DNA of 64,000 nt. Source: Cyanobacteria bacterium P01_A01_bin.123. Its GTDB lineage: Bacteria; Cyanobacteriota; Cyanobacteriia; Phormidesmidales; Phormidesmidaceae. Each line of letters begins with the position of its first letter. Position 1 is the stretch's first letter. The notes beneath the pieces were generated by a model. That model saw nothing but the letters and a program-made list of their open reading frames with translations. It was not told the DNA's origin and did not search any database. Positions 1-10,758 of this stretch are shown in pieces. Position numbers and translations under genes: made by a program. The stretch is taken from assembly GCA_039815185.1 (NCBI GenBank), contig JBCBZT010000037.1:1-64000 (forward strand), in the 5' to 3' direction.

Positions 1-316
<316 letters not shown>

Positions 317-480
317 TTAATCAGTCCCCTAAATAAATTTAGAAGACTCTCATTTCAGTTCTCACCCGATACTCTCGTATCCGGTTCCATTCCCTAACGC
401 ATCATAGAACATGCTACAATGCTGGAAATTTAATCTCTTGACGAGGTACTTTATCTCTCGCTGACTTCCAAACTATTGAA

Positions 481-492
481 TTATCTAGGTTC
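481..492 (-). promoter_or_regulatory. rRNA leader antitermination boxA-like element
   Basis: Minus strand GAACCTAGATAA in the rRNA leader resembles the cyanobacterial boxA GAACCTTGAAAA. Confidence 0.6.
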
Positions 493-544
493 TAGGCCCT
501 CCGTCAGGGTCACATTTCGTGCCCCCCGCTTCAGGCGCTTTACT

Positions 545-573
545 AATATATCTAAGCTATCTAACCCTGTCAA
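545..573 (-). promoter_or_regulatory. sigma70-type rRNA operon promoter
   Basis: Minus strand TTGACA (573-568), 17-bp spacer, TATATT (550-545), pointing toward the 16S gene. Confidence 0.85.
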
Positions 574-823
574 GAAATTCGCTGCGAGAATTCTTTTCGG
601 GTTAAACACATTCAGCATTACAGGGATTTAGGCGCAGGCGATCCCGCTTTTCCAGGAGTGCTGGAAAAGTTTGGGTTCTTTTGGGTTCAAGAGATTCAGA
701 ATAAGGGTGTTTGTTTGGATGCAGCCATCCTAGGGCTACCTTACTTCTCAAGTAAAGGGCAATGCGGGACATGATTGGGATTAATCTAGTCGCTATGATG
801 TTGCTTGAAATGGGCTAGGAGCT

Positions 824-1678
824 ATGTTGCCAAGCTGGATGGTACTAGATCCGCTAATACGTAGTTGGTTACTTGAGGACATTGGCCGAGGCGATCGTAC
901 AACAATGGGCATCACCCCCAAGCTATCTCAAGTAGGCAAAGCGGAGTGGCTTTTCAAGGAAAAGGGCGTTGCAGCAGGATTGACGATTGCCGGACGAGTT
1001 TTTCAACTGATTGATAGTCAGGTGATGTTTACAGCAACCGTTGATGAAGGGGTATGGAGCGATCGAGGTCAGATTACTGCTTACATCCATGGCCCCATGG
1101 AAACCTTACTAACCGGAGAACGGGTTGCGTTGAATTTAGCTATGCGGCTTAGCGGTATCGCCACAATGGCTCGGAGGTACGTAGAACAGATTTCAGATTT
1201 ACCCGCCCAACTTGTGGATACCCGCAAGACAACACCGGGGCTACGAATTTTAGAAAAATATGCATCTTGGGTGGGAGGAGCCATCAATCACCGTATGGGC
1301 TTAGATGATGGGGTCATGATCAAAGACAATCACATCGCTGCAGCGGGCGGGATAGGTGAGGCGATTACGTTGGTTCGTGCTCGGGTGCCCTATCCCCTGA
1401 CTATAGAAGTTGAAGCGGCAACATTAACCCAAGTACAAGCAGCACTAACCCACGGTGCAGATATCATTATGCTTGATAATATGCCTATCGCCGAGATGAC
1501 AACAGCGGTAACCGTGATTCGTGATTTCGATGACCGAGTCAAAATTGAGGCGTCAGGTAATATTACATTAGACACGATTCGGAGCGTTGCTCAAACAGGA
1601 GTAGACTACATTTCAACGAGTGCGCCGATTACGCGATCGCCTTGGCTAGATATCAGCATGAGAGTGTCAGGGTCATGA
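824..1678 (+). CDS. nadC: Quinolinate phosphoribosyltransferase (carboxylating nicotinate-nucleotide diphosphorylase)
   Basis: EDIGRGDRTT, DTRKTTPGLR, HRMGLDD, KDNH, IIMLDN and EASG motifs. Confidence 0.97.
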   Translation: MLPSWMVLDPLIRSWLLEDIGRGDRTTMGITPKLSQVGKAEWLFKEKGVAAGLTIAGRVFQLIDSQVMFTATVDEGVWSDRGQITAYIHGPMETLLTGERVALNLAMRLSGIATMARRYVEQISDLPAQLVDTRKTTPGLRILEKYASWVGGAINHRMGLDDGVMIKDNHIAAAGGIGEAITLVRARVPYPLTIEVEAATLTQVQAALTHGADIIMLDNMPIAEMTTAVTVIRDFDDRVKIEASGNITLDTIRSVAQTGVDYISTSAPITRSPWLDISMRVSGS

Positions 1679-1752
1679 AGCGAGTTCGATTCAGCTTTAG
1701 TCTCTCGATGGATGGTGAGTCTCTCAATGGATGTGCAGTGTATCAGTGATGG

Positions 1753-2319
1753 CTAGAGTTGCATTTCGATTGCCAAATAGTCAAAGAGTTCTCTGTAGAC
1801 TCGGGCTAAGTCGGGCAGTTGGTAGTGGGCGTTAAGACCACTGGGGTTGGGCAATACCCAAAGCTTAGCGTTGTGCAACTCATTAGGTTGTAATCCCAAA
1901 GTCGCTTTGGGTTGGACAAAGGCACTGCGGTAGGCACTAATACCAAGAACAGCTAAGACTCTAGGGCAATTACGTTTAACTTTTATAGCCAGAGTTTTGT
2001 AACCCGAGAGCAAGTCAGCCTTAGACAATTCATCGGCACGGGCAGTAGCGGGCTCGGCAATGTTAGTCATGCCGTAGCCGTAGTTCAGTAGTTGACGATC
2101 TTCTTTGGGTTCAAGCAAGCGATCGGTAAAGCCCGCCGCATAAAGAGTTTTCCACAGACGGTTACCCGGGCGGGCAAAGTGGTGACCTACGACAGCACTA
2201 TAAACACTGGGGTTAATGCCGCAAAACAAAATCTTTAAATGAGGAGCGATAATATCGGGTACGGTTGCCCCATAGGCCGCTTTCAGTTCAGCCTTTGTAG
2301 GTTTTAGGGGCATCGGCAA
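1753..2319 (-). CDS. mug: G/U mismatch-specific DNA glycosylase
   Basis: LFCGINP, GHHFARPGNR and VLPNPSGLN motifs of the MUG/TDG family. Confidence 0.92.
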   Translation of the reverse strand: MPMPLKPTKAELKAAYGATVPDIIAPHLKILFCGINPSVYSAVVGHHFARPGNRLWKTLYAAGFTDRLLEPKEDRQLLNYGYGMTNIAEPATARADELSKADLLSGYKTLAIKVKRNCPRVLAVLGISAYRSAFVQPKATLGLQPNELHNAKLWVLPNPSGLNAHYQLPDLARVYRELFDYLAIEMQL

Positions 2320-2352
2320 TAGTATGCAGGAACATCTGAGCGTGCCAAATCC

Positions 2353-2688
2353 TTAAGCCGTTGTCAATGAGGCAAGGGCATCAGGAATCGTGTCTGAAGG
2401 AGCTTGAAATTCTCCCGTAGCCACATACTCTAAACGTAACTTAAGCCAACTAATAAACTTTCGATTAGTAGACAAGATAGCCACCGCAGGCTGAGGACAA
2501 TTTGCCTTCTCCACATGCATTTCAGGCGCTTCCAAGAAAGCAGGTTGACAAACTAGCCAAAAATCTGTTTCCTTCTCTTGCTCTTGATAAAACCGAGTCC
2601 GCTCCTTGAGCACTTCGCCCAGAGGTTCTTCTTCAAGCAAAAATTTTTGGCTGCCCAGAACGTAATAGTAGGTTATCAATGTCGGCAC
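2353..2688 (-). CDS. ycf54: Ycf54, MgPME-cyclase accessory protein (likely GTG start at 2688; ORF extends to 2760)
   Basis: TYYYVLGSQKFLLEEEP, DFWLV.QPAFL and WLKLRLEYV motifs. Confidence 0.9.
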   Translation of the reverse strand: MPTLITYYYVLGSQKFLLEEEPLGEVLKERTRFYQEQEKETDFWLVCQPAFLEAPEMHVEKANCPQPAVAILSTNRKFISWLKLRLEYVATGEFQAPSDTIPDALASLTTA

Positions 2689-2778
2689 CGAAACACTCCC
2701 CAACTCAAGTTGACCAAGACCCATTTTACCCGACGGGTTCTTAGGAATGGGCCATATCATAGGGATAATTTACTTAGA

Positions 2779-4992
2779 TTAAAAGTCAACCCGACCCACA
2801 GACACTTGACGTGCCTGGGATGACGATGGGGGCTCAGGTGGGAAGTCATCATCATCATCATCAACTGCTAGAGACTCAAAGGACTGGGTATCTGCCACAG
2901 AAATGTCGGCCCCATTAATGACAGCCCCCAACAGTTCAACCTCTTCTGCTTCTTCAAGCTGCTCCAGAACAGCAGACAAAATGGATTTCTCAGTCACCCC
3001 AGGCCGAGTAATGATGATCATGCCATCGGTTAAAGGCTCCAGCAGCTTGGCATCGTTGTTCAAGGTTAAGGGAGGAGCATCTATCACAACTAAGTCAAAT
3101 CGCACCCGCGCATCTTCTAAAATACGCTTCATTTCGCTAGATTCAAGTAAAATTGCAGACTGGCGCTGAGGTCCTGGACTAGGACACAAATATAGGTTTT
3201 CAATGTCTGGCACTAGCTGAATCGGCTCACCAAGCTTGCCGCCATAATGACGCAGAGGCTCTACTGTAATGTGGCGATCCAACTTCATATTAAGCCAACT
3301 GGCCCGAGACGGCGATCGCAAATCGGCCTCAATCAAGAGAGTGCGACGGCCGGCCCTAGCCGAGGCGATCGCCAAATTATAAGCACTCACAGTCTTACCC
3401 TCTTGGGGCTTGGTGCTGGTAATCAAAACAACTCGCGGAGCTCGCCCCTCTTCTAGGGTGCCAGAAGCCAATCGGATATTACTACGAAAGCGCTCATAGT
3501 TTTCTTCGTACGGTGAATTAAGTTTCAGTAAAAGGGGTGGAATCTTCGAGGACCGAGTCTTGATAGCTGGAATCACGCCCAAAGTAGGAATTTCCAGGTC
3601 TTGCAAAATTGTCTGTAACTCCTCTGGCGTCCGGGCTGTGCTGTCGATCATATCCAACAAGAAGATAATCACACCACCCGCGACAACACCGAGCAACCCT
3701 CCAAGCGCTAGCACAATAAAAGGATTTGGAACTTGCCGTGGTGCGGGTGTTGTCGCAGGTGGGCGGGACACGGTCAAACTACTAACTGTTTCTGCCTCAG
3801 CTGCTTGGGCATCAATCCGTCGCGCCTGGAGCTGATCAAACAGAGCCTTCTTAAGACCAACCTGCTGAGCTAACCGCTCTCGCTGCAACTGCTTGTTCGG
3901 TAAGTTAGCGTACTGCTGACGCAATTCTTCCTCAGTGCGTTCTAGCGTCTGCTGTTGCTGCACCAAAGTATCGCGCTGAGTTTGCAATGCCACCAATTGA
4001 TTCGCCAACGCAGCCCTAGCAGGATCTAAATTGCTATCTTGACGCACAGCAGTGCCACTCGGCAGCGGAGCAGCTTCTCCGCCCCCAATAACTTCCCCAG
4101 CTCTTGCATCTAGCAGATTCTCATAAGCCGCCAAACTCTGCCGCAGCTCCACCATCGTAGGGTGAGCTGGACGCAAATCCGCCGCCAGAATTTGCATCTG
4201 GCTTTCAACGTCGTAAATCTGAGCTCGTAAATTGGCAATGATCGGATCAGCACTCAACGCCGATGAAGCATAGGCTTGATCAGCGTTCAGGCCTAATCGC
4301 CCCTCTAAACTGCGGATCTGGGCATCGATACCCTCAAGGCCAATTTCATTTTGCCGCCGCTGGGTCTGGCTGCCCGAGATTGCTCCCAACAAACTCCCAT
4401 CCAAAGCCGCTTGAATGGCGGGTCCCTCCACCCGGTCATACCTTTCTAAATTTTGCTCCGCTTGACGTAGATCAGATTCTACTTGGGGTAATCGTTCATT
4501 AAGCGCTTCGATAATCGCCCGCAGTCGCGCCTGATTACTAAAACGGCTAAACTCGACCATGCCCTCAAACATCAAGGACAAGGCCAACTCAGCTTTTTCA
4601 GGATCATCTAACACAACACGCACAGCGACCCGCTGTCCAGCCTCTTCATCGCCACCAATACTAATGGTGGTACTTTCTTTGATCTCATCAGGAGCCAGTT
4701 CAATTCCCTGCTCATTCAGGCGTTCTGATACCTGATCGAGCAAAATATCAGCCAGCAGAAAGTCTTCTGTAATGATGCCCTGCCCCTGCTCTTGAATCGC
4801 AGTTCCTGTTTCAGTTAAAACAACAAGCGGCGCATTTTGCACCAATAAACCATCGGCCTGATACTTTTGTTCTGGAGGGGGTTGTAGAGCGACAACCCCT
4901 GAAGCACCAAACACAGCTAGCACCGCTGCTAAACCAGCCCATTTGTAGCGATCAAGCGCGATTATGTATCGTTTGACGAAAGCAGCGACCAT
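2779..4992 (-). CDS. Wzc/GumC-family polysaccharide co-polymerase with BY-kinase domain
   Basis: N-terminal TM, long coiled coil, second TM, then Walker A STKPQEGKT, LLIEADLR and VVIDAPP. Confidence 0.9.
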   Translation of the reverse strand: MVAAFVKRYIIALDRYKWAGLAAVLAVFGASGVVALQPPPEQKYQADGLLVQNAPLVVLTETGTAIQEQGQGIITEDFLLADILLDQVSERLNEQGIELAPDEIKESTTISIGGDEEAGQRVAVRVVLDDPEKAELALSLMFEGMVEFSRFSNQARLRAIIEALNERLPQVESDLRQAEQNLERYDRVEGPAIQAALDGSLLGAISGSQTQRRQNEIGLEGIDAQIRSLEGRLGLNADQAYASSALSADPIIANLRAQIYDVESQMQILAADLRPAHPTMVELRQSLAAYENLLDARAGEVIGGGEAAPLPSGTAVRQDSNLDPARAALANQLVALQTQRDTLVQQQQTLERTEEELRQQYANLPNKQLQRERLAQQVGLKKALFDQLQARRIDAQAAEAETVSSLTVSRPPATTPAPRQVPNPFIVLALGGLLGVVAGGVIIFLLDMIDSTARTPEELQTILQDLEIPTLGVIPAIKTRSSKIPPLLLKLNSPYEENYERFRSNIRLASGTLEEGRAPRVVLITSTKPQEGKTVSAYNLAIASARAGRRTLLIEADLRSPSRASWLNMKLDRHITVEPLRHYGGKLGEPIQLVPDIENLYLCPSPGPQRQSAILLESSEMKRILEDARVRFDLVVIDAPPLTLNNDAKLLEPLTDGMIIITRPGVTEKSILSAVLEQLEEAEEVELLGAVINGADISVADTQSFESLAVDDDDDDFPPEPPSSSQARQVSVGRVDF

Positions 4993-5104
4993 GGCCTTGA
5001 CTCACATTTATAATATCTAATGATAGACGCACTTAACCCCTTATGAATCAGTGCTCTAAATCAACAAACCCATTCAATCCCCAAACGGGATTCACCAAAC
5101 TGGA

Positions 5105-6604
5105 CTAAGGACGAAACAAATCATCTGCAGCATCAGATAACGAATCAAAGAACAACAAAAAGCCCAAAGTATCTCGAAACGGCTGTGTAAAGGTGTTCAA
5201 CGCAAAGGTAATTCGATTAATAAAGTTGCGGTTGGCAATCACAACATCATTATTTTGCAAAGGTGGATTTTGAGAGAGATCTCCTTCTAAGGCTGAAAAC
5301 ATGTTGAACCGCATCGTAACTGCCGTACCTTGCTCGGGATCAAAGCGAATCAGTGCAACTTGGCGAAAATTGGCGTTGTCTGGATTGACCCCTGTGGCAG
5401 TAACAGCATCTAATAAGCGACTACCGTTGGGTAGCTGAACCGCACCAAAGTTGGCGTTAATACCGCCACCTGCAGCATAGTTTAAGGCACGGATAGTAAT
5501 CGCTTCACGGGCGAGGGTAGAACGAGATACTAAATAGCGATCATATTCATCTAGTTCACTAAGGTCTAGACGGGGAATCGTCATCACATCACCATCTTCC
5601 AAGCGCAAATCTGGAATGGCATCACCGTCGGCTAAAGGTGTAAATAGATCAACTTCCGTTTCAATCACTTGTCCATCGGGTAACCGTCGCCTGATGTGCA
5701 CCGATCGGAGATCAGAAAATCCAGTGGCACCACCAGAAGCGAGTAGCGCAGTTGAGATTTGAGGCGCAGGTAGCGGATAAAATCCAGGGCGAACTACTTC
5801 CCCCAATATAGTCACCTCTACAGGGCGCTGTGCTGTCAGGGTCAGGTCAACCTCGGGATCAACTACGTATTGATTATAGATTTGACGAATTTGTGCTTGG
5901 GCTTGGGCCAGGGTAAACCCTTCTAAATTGACTGACCCTTCGATAGGAATAATCACATTGCCCTGCAAATCTAAGGTTGCCTGAAAACTCAAATCAGGGA
6001 ATCGCTGGACACTTACAAAAATGCCGTCCCCTGGCCCCAATCGATAAACATCAAATTCTGGTGGAGCACTGCTATTTGGCTGCTCCATAATCGAGTTCAA
6101 AATTTCTGGTGTCAAGACTGGCCGATCGCCTTCTGGCATGGGCACTGACAACGGCTCATCCAGGCTCGGGGGAGTCACTTCTGGATCATCGTTATTAGAT
6201 TCAACTTGCGCGATCGCGTTAGGCGCAGCGATATCTCCTTCTGGAACAGACTGCTCAAGAACAACGCGCACATCTTCATAATCGGTTGTCGTAGAAATTG
6301 ATAGCGGTTCGTCTACACTCAGGGACAACGCTTGTGCCCCATGATTAGAGACAGACTGGGACTCAACCGGCAAAATCTCATCGGGCTCAAGATAATCCTT
6401 TGAGACAGATCGCTCAGAAGTTAAAGTCCTATCACCATTCTCAGTTGCGTTAGCCCGCCCCAAGCTGACAGGGTCACTGACAAGCGCCCCTAAAATCAAG
6501 ACTGTGCTGAGAAATAAGTCAATCAATCGCTGAGACTTGACAGCACTTTGTAGTAGAGCTATTAACTGTAACAGGGGCCGTAAGCGGAACGAAATATGGG
6601 GCAT
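5105..6604 (-). CDS. Polysaccharide export protein (Wza/Poly_export + SLBB domains)
   Basis: YRLGPGDGI, VTILGEVVRPGFY, LEDGDV and NPPLQNNDVV motifs; upstream of the Wzc-like gene. Confidence 0.9.
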   Translation of the reverse strand: MPHISFRLRPLLQLIALLQSAVKSQRLIDLFLSTVLILGALVSDPVSLGRANATENGDRTLTSERSVSKDYLEPDEILPVESQSVSNHGAQALSLSVDEPLSISTTTDYEDVRVVLEQSVPEGDIAAPNAIAQVESNNDDPEVTPPSLDEPLSVPMPEGDRPVLTPEILNSIMEQPNSSAPPEFDVYRLGPGDGIFVSVQRFPDLSFQATLDLQGNVIIPIEGSVNLEGFTLAQAQAQIRQIYNQYVVDPEVDLTLTAQRPVEVTILGEVVRPGFYPLPAPQISTALLASGGATGFSDLRSVHIRRRLPDGQVIETEVDLFTPLADGDAIPDLRLEDGDVMTIPRLDLSELDEYDRYLVSRSTLAREAITIRALNYAAGGGINANFGAVQLPNGSRLLDAVTATGVNPDNANFRQVALIRFDPEQGTAVTMRFNMFSALEGDLSQNPPLQNNDVVIANRNFINRITFALNTFTQPFRDTLGFLLFFDSLSDAADDLFRP

Positions 6605-6904
6605 GGGGCTACGCGCTAACTAGGGAGTTGAACAAAACCCTGACTACAGGGAAGCCATATCGGCAATCACAAGTCATGTGGCAGCTCTCGGAGCAGATAA
6701 CCTGACCCAAGTGCATAAAGCTGAGCAGACACCGATAGAGTAAGTAGGCATAAGCAGTCGGAGCTTCAATATGGGTTACTCCTTTATACTCTGCCTAGTA
6801 TGACTATGGCTCTAAAGCTTAACGCTTTGATTTAACTCAGTTATTAAGTTATACGACCCTGGGGCCCGATGTCAGCATAGAAACTCCTGACTCGGGATGC
6901 AAAC

Positions 6905-7666
6905 TCAAGATTGCTTGGGCATGGCCTTTGCTAAGGGGCCAGCATTCAGGGACTTCTGTACGGCTTGACTGATATCTAACGCAAAAGTTTCGTAAGCCCG
7001 AATCTTACCCAGGGGTTCGATGGGAATCAATACGCTGACGGCTACCCAGGGCATACGGACTCGGTCGCCCCACTGTGCCCGCTGATCGGCAAAGAACCAC
7101 TGCCCCGGAGAAGGGTGTCCCCCATTAATCCAGGCATACCACTGCACAACGGCAAAGGTTTGACGGTCATTCCAACTGCGTAGGAACCTCGCTGTCACAG
7201 GGACTTCAATGCTTTCAGCATTCTTAGCCTTAAACGCCAGCGTTTGGTAAGAATCAGTCTGCCATTTTTGGGTGCCAGCCAGATCGATCCACTCCACCTC
7301 AGGCTGATCTTTATACCAAGTTTGGGCATGGGTCAGCACCGTAACCACAGGCACCGGATTAGGGGTCTCTGGGGCAGCACTGCTAGGTTCAAATTCCATC
7401 AATGTCCAATCATGGCCGCTAATAGAGACTACCTGATGGTTCAAAGGAGCCCAGCCTTGAATCTCTAAGCCAGTGTCTTGGATGCTTTGGAGTTGTTTCA
7501 GTTCAGCAACTTCTAAGGGATTAGTCCAAGGCCATTGGCCATTAAGGTAATGCGGTACAGCAGCAATTACCGCGATCGCAGCCAAAAGCGCCACGATCAT
7601 AATTCGAATAAGCCTTTGAAAATTTGGGTTGGTTTTGACTAATTGCATAATCGCTTTCCCAGACAA
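6905..7666 (-). CDS. Cyanoexosortase B system-associated protein
   Basis: N-terminal anchor, QPEVEWID, TFAVVQWYAW.GGHP; directly downstream of the exosortase. Confidence 0.8.
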   Translation of the reverse strand: MSGKAIMQLVKTNPNFQRLIRIMIVALLAAIAVIAAVPHYLNGQWPWTNPLEVAELKQLQSIQDTGLEIQGWAPLNHQVVSISGHDWTLMEFEPSSAAPETPNPVPVVTVLTHAQTWYKDQPEVEWIDLAGTQKWQTDSYQTLAFKAKNAESIEVPVTARFLRSWNDRQTFAVVQWYAWINGGHPSPGQWFFADQRAQWGDRVRMPWVAVSVLIPIEPLGKIRAYETFALDISQAVQKSLNAGPLAKAMPKQS

Positions 7667-7681
7667 TCCTAAATAAGTCCC

Positions 7682-8596
7682 CTAAAAATCACTCAATTGG
7701 CGATCACCTGAGGTGACCTTCAACGTCAACTTTTCTGGTACATAACGTCGAATCCCCTGAATCAACAGAATTTGCAAAAACAACATCGCGGCTGAATAAA
7801 CATCGCCACCCCAACTGTCATGAAGCCAGTGAAACGCGTCTGTCATGCCAGCTCCATGGAAAAAACTCAAAACAGTATTACGCAGAATATTGCCCACGAC
7901 ACTGATAAACACGACACCTGACAGGAAAAATCCCGTGCGTAGCCGCGACTGCCATATGCCTGTCCAATAGATCAGCATCATTCCCACATATAAACTCGTG
8001 AATAGCATCTTCAACCCAGCACAGTGAGGTGCCACTTCCACGGGCTGATTGTTCACCAGCAAATAAATCTGATCAACCGTTACATCAACTCCCAGTTGTA
8101 GCAGGATAAAGCCTGCCGTTGCCGCGATAAAGCGCTGCAACGGCAGGATATAGGGTTCGATTAGATAAGGAACCTGTGTTGGTGTGGCAAAGAAAACTAG
8201 CAGCATCGGAAAAAACTGTAGCTTTGCCCCAGCCACACCTTTGAGCGATAGAATCAGTCCCAGCAGCATCAAGGGCAAAGAGAGGTTCATCCAGTCAGAC
8301 AAGCCGCTGAGATAAAACCCAATCGCTACAATTAAGAGCCCCCAACCTAAAGGATGACTATTATCCGGCAGCGATCGCCACTGGCGGCGTTGACCCCAAA
8401 CAATATAGGCTGCAAACGGCAGACCAATCAGTGCATGGCTAAAGTACTCGTGCTGAATGCTAATCGATTTACTCAACCAACCATCAACCCAGTGCAAGAG
8501 CAGTGGGGTATACAGTACCGCCAACAATGCTAGAGATGAAATTTCTAGCGGTGCGGTTGGCAGGAATTGAGTGAGTCGCTTTTGGGAAGACTGCAT
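7682..8596 (-). CDS. Cyanoexosortase B (exosortase family transpeptidase)
   Basis: Multi-TM protein with HEYFSH, catalytic VAPHCAGL, NILR and FHWLH (Cys-Arg-His triad). Confidence 0.9.
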   Translation of the reverse strand: MQSSQKRLTQFLPTAPLEISSLALLAVLYTPLLLHWVDGWLSKSISIQHEYFSHALIGLPFAAYIVWGQRRQWRSLPDNSHPLGWGLLIVAIGFYLSGLSDWMNLSLPLMLLGLILSLKGVAGAKLQFFPMLLVFFATPTQVPYLIEPYILPLQRFIAATAGFILLQLGVDVTVDQIYLLVNNQPVEVAPHCAGLKMLFTSLYVGMMLIYWTGIWQSRLRTGFFLSGVVFISVVGNILRNTVLSFFHGAGMTDAFHWLHDSWGGDVYSAAMLFLQILLIQGIRRYVPEKLTLKVTSGDRQLSDF

Positions 8597-8602
8597 AGGT
8601 AT

Positions 8603-9790
8603 TTAGGCAACTGAATCAATAGTTTGGCGCGGGCTACTTTTAGCTTTGAACAATACTTGTTCAATCACAGCAATCACGTGGTCAATCTGGTTGGACGTCA
8701 AGCCAGGAAACATGGGCAAAGACAAAATCTCTTGACTCAGCCACTCAGCATTGGGGAAATCTCCTGTCTGGTGACCCAAGGTATGGAATGCAGGCTGCAA
8801 ATGACAGGGAACTGGGTAGTGAATGCCCACTTGCACACCCTGCTCTTGGAGCGCCAGTTGCAGTGTCGTGCGGTCAATTGGACATGATTGAGTTAAACGA
8901 ATCACATACAAGTGATAGACGTGGGTGGCGCCAGTCTGGTTTTCTAATGGTTCGATGCCAAACGCTTTCAAGGGTTGAAGTTTATGCCCATAGTATTGAG
9001 CCGCTTGGCTGCGAGCTTGGTTCCAACGGGTTAGATGAGGCAGCTTAGCTTGTAGCACTGCCGCTTGTATGGTGTCTAAACGACTATTAGTGCCGTTGGG
9101 ATCCGTGTGAAAATACTTACGCGTTGCCCCATAGTTACGCAATGAGCGCACCGTTTGGGACACTAATTCGCTCTGGGTAACGACAATACCTCCATCGCCC
9201 AGCGCGCCTAAATTTTTACTGGGATAGAAGCTGAAGGCGGCTGCGATACCAACAGAGCCTGCCCGATATCCTTCTCGTTCAGCCAAATGGGCTTGGGCAG
9301 CATCTTCGAAGATTAGCAGGTTGTAACGGTCTGCCAAATCAAGTAAAGATAAAGGTGAAACCATTTGTCCATAGAGATGAACGGGAAGAATAGCTCGCGT
9401 TTTCTGAGTCACGGCAGCTTCAGCTGCCACCAGATCAATCAATGCTGTTTTTGGATCACAGTCTACGAACACTGGCGTTGCGCCAGTACGCAAAATGCCC
9501 ATTAAGGTGGCTACAAAGGTATTGGCGGGCAAAATCACCTCATCCCCAACCCCAATGCCACAGGCTTGCAGCCCCAATGCGATCGCATCAGTCCCACAAG
9601 CTACCCCAACCCCATGAGCACTGCCGCATGCTGCTGCAAAGCTACGCTCAAACTCATCCAGCGCTTGCCCCAAAATATAGTCACCCTGCTCCAGAACTGA
9701 TTGCATCGCAGCGGTCAGATCATCCTTAATATCATCGTGTTGGCTGGCCAAATCCACGAACGGGACACGCATACAGGAAGAATTAGTCAT
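8603..9790 (-). CDS. DegT/DnrJ/EryC1/StrS family PLP aminotransferase
   Basis: VPFVDL, PVHLYGQ, EDAAQAHL, FSFYPSKNLGALGDGG and NSRLD motifs. Confidence 0.95.
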   Translation of the reverse strand: MTNSSCMRVPFVDLASQHDDIKDDLTAAMQSVLEQGDYILGQALDEFERSFAAACGSAHGVGVACGTDAIALGLQACGIGVGDEVILPANTFVATLMGILRTGATPVFVDCDPKTALIDLVAAEAAVTQKTRAILPVHLYGQMVSPLSLLDLADRYNLLIFEDAAQAHLAEREGYRAGSVGIAAAFSFYPSKNLGALGDGGIVVTQSELVSQTVRSLRNYGATRKYFHTDPNGTNSRLDTIQAAVLQAKLPHLTRWNQARSQAAQYYGHKLQPLKAFGIEPLENQTGATHVYHLYVIRLTQSCPIDRTTLQLALQEQGVQVGIHYPVPCHLQPAFHTLGHQTGDFPNAEWLSQEILSLPMFPGLTSNQIDHVIAVIEQVLFKAKSSPRQTIDSVA

Positions 9791-9960
9791 TGCAAGTTAC
9801 TGACAAGGTGAATGAAGACACATGCAGCTTTGATTCTCAGTGTGAACGAAGTTAGAACCTTTTGAACACAGGGCATCACCGTAGAATGATGAAGTGTTTA
9901 TGAAACTTCATGCCATCTTGAGTCATCTATATCTAGGGAGTTGATATCCCACAACGGATG

Positions 9961-9997
9961 TACAGCAACCGCCATAGTATTTTGTGGGGTTGCTGTA
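9961..9997. promoter_or_regulatory. Inverted repeat in the divergent DegT/hypothetical promoter region
   Basis: TACAGCAACC...GGTTGCTGTA, 10-bp perfect arms. Confidence 0.4.
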
Positions 9998-10143
9998 ACA
10001 TTGCTATCCAGCCAAATGATTCACCAGACTAGGCGATAAATAATGCAACCAAAGCTATAACTTCAGCATTCCCGATAGTCGCTGTCTTCACGACAGTCAG
10101 ATCTCAACGGGAACTTAACCATTGTCTTAGTGTCGGTGTTTTT

Positions 10144-10485
10144 ATGGATTTTTCGACAGCCCGCACATTTATCCTCAGCCAAACCCTAGACTCAGAGACT
10201 AAAACCGATACCTTTTATCTACGACTCCAACAAGGACAACCCCCCATTCCGGGCCAAGTTACCTCGCTATTGTTGGCGTTAAAGGTTCTATTTGAAGGGT
10301 TACACAGGGTAGATACGCTAGAGCGGGAACTCGCCCATGCTTTATTTATTCTTTCTTACGAAAGCCGTGTGCTTTATGACACAGGCTTGAATTCGGGCGT
10401 GGAATGGCCACCCATGTTAGATGAAGATTTAAGCCGCATCGCGATCGCAGCTAGAAACATTTTCGCCAATCAACGTCAACGGTAG
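10144..10485 (+). CDS. Conserved cyanobacterial hypothetical protein
   Basis: 113-aa ORF with RLQQGQPPIPGQVTSLLLALK and WPPMLDEDL, recognised as a conserved cyanobacterial family. Confidence 0.75.
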   Translation: MDFSTARTFILSQTLDSETKTDTFYLRLQQGQPPIPGQVTSLLLALKVLFEGLHRVDTLERELAHALFILSYESRVLYDTGLNSGVEWPPMLDEDLSRIAIAARNIFANQRQR

Positions 10486-10509
10486 CTCCCATTGCTAGCC
10501 CCATCTAAG

Positions 10510-10758
10510 CTAAGAGGAAGAAGCATTATCGCCATGCCCCCGAGGCGGTACCGGATCATATCCCCCTGGATGGAATGGGTGACAGCGTGTAATTCGACGC
10601 AGGGCTAGCCCAGTACCCTTAACCAGACCAAAGCGCTCAATTGCTGTCGTAGCATATTGTGAGCAGGTCGGCTGAAAGCGGCAAGTGGGTGGCAACAGCG
10701 GAGAAATGAAGCGCCGATATCCGCCAATCAAAAGCAAAACCCCTTTTTGCATGACCAC
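10510..10758 (-). CDS. yidD: Membrane protein insertion efficiency factor YidD
   Basis: [32 protein letters not shown]. Confidence 0.96.
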   Translation of the reverse strand: MVMQKGVLLLIGGYRRFISPLLPPTCRFQPTCSQYATTAIERFGLVKGTGLALRRITRCHPFHPGGYDPVPPRGHGDNASSS

